Program-made: the position numbers and the translations under genes | The notes under the pieces: generated by a model | What the model was told of the DNA's origin: nothing | What the model saw: the letters and a program-made list of their open reading frames with translations, nothing else | Database searches by the model: none | Source: Podarcis vaucheri | Taxonomy: Eukaryota | Length of the DNA stretch: 64,000 nt | NCBI GenBank assembly: GCA_965113315.1 | Contig: OZ220363.1 | Strand: one strand, 5' to 3' | Part shown: positions 62,963-64,000 of the stretch, in pieces | How positions within the stretch are numbered: position 1 is the first letter of the stretch | Layout: each line of letters opens with the position of its first letter

Positions 62963-64000
62963 TTATTTTGAAGGTACTTATACATTTGGATGCTGTCAAG
63001 TAGGTAGCTGGGAATGATACCAAAGGATCTATCCAAACTGGGTGGCAACATGATGGCAGAAGAGATATTTCCACCTAGGTGTATAAAGCAATGGCCACAG
63101 CTCCATGGTAGAGCACAGGCACACAGAAGGTCTCTGTTTCAGTTGTCAGCATTCCTTTTATGAAGATCAGACAGCAGGTGATGGGAAAGACCTCTTTGTG
63201 AGACCCCAAACAGCCAGCCTGAGCAAACAATGCTGGGCTGGGTGTTAAACTAGTCTGCACCCTATAAGGCGGTTCCCTGTGGCTTAGAATAGGGGTTGCT
63301 AACCTTTTTGTCCCAGGAAACACATTTCAGATTTTGAAAGAGTGCCCTGGGTGCCAGTCACAAAGTGGCTGCCATGAGGCTGTGGCATAATACAAAATCG
63401 CCGCCGGCATAAAACGAAGTGAGAGAAAGTACAGTTGTTGCTTCACCCACCACCCTGGGACAACCTCTTACTTACCATGCGAAGACAGCTTTTGACTGCT
63501 GGTACAGGAAGATACAGAACACAGCTACTCAAATGATGAGCAGGCCAGAACATCTTTCTTACAAGGAATGAATAAGGATGTTACAGATTTTAGTTGAGAA
63601 AACAGTGGATTTAAGTGGGGTGGGGTGTTAATAGAGGTTTATAAAATTACCAAATTGTGTGGGGTAATTAGACAGGGAGGGATTGTTCACTTTCAGAGTA
63701 CTAGATGTTGTCACCCAATGAAATCGACTGCCTTAACACTGCTCAGTCCAGGCAAGAGTGGTTCTTGTTTATGAGGAGAGAAGTTTCCTATTCAATAGCA
63801 ATCAGGCACCTTGTGCATGTGTGTGCGCACACTTGAGTCAGTGGGAAAATCTGCATACTCAGATTGTAGAGACAAAATTGAGTATCCCATTAAATATAAA
63901 GCCCTATAAATGCCATGCATTGAATGTGGTCTTTTGAGAAATAGCCAGTTTGTGATGGCTATAAATGTAGTTGGTGTCCCTCTCCCTGTGACATTTATGG

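Overview
Vertebrate, not prokaryotic, DNA. The repeat content (Sauria-type SINEs, CR1, L2, BovB, many hAT and Tigger-like MITEs) points to a squamate reptile, most likely a lacertid lizard. The whole window lies inside BRF1 (TFIIIB subunit, + strand), of which five internal coding exons are present (20631-20662, 32333-32405, 46282-46431, 49672-49765, 57566-57692; human exons 4-8 by sequence). BTBD6 (BTB-BACK-PHR protein) is nested antisense in BRF1 intron 5 (CDS 35686-37948, - strand), with a CpG island at about 37.65-40.3 kb and a 200-N assembly gap interrupting its 5' coding region. The rest is intronic: a 5'-truncated CR1 with an intact ORF2, solo LTRs, nested SINE/MITE/LTR insertions with clear target-site duplications (TSDs), and several homeodomain-motif-rich non-repetitive blocks. 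Most notable observations: a U12-type branch point ending an intron of more than 20 kb; a BTBD6 coding segment that doubles as a 3' splice site; a solo LTR with an Arg-rich frame open from its edge; templated tandem copies of target DNA at the CR1 5' junction; and inverted LINE pairs flanking BRF1 exons. I found no firm evidence of a wholly new biological system. Gene identities and orthologue comparisons come from recalled protein sequences, not database searches.
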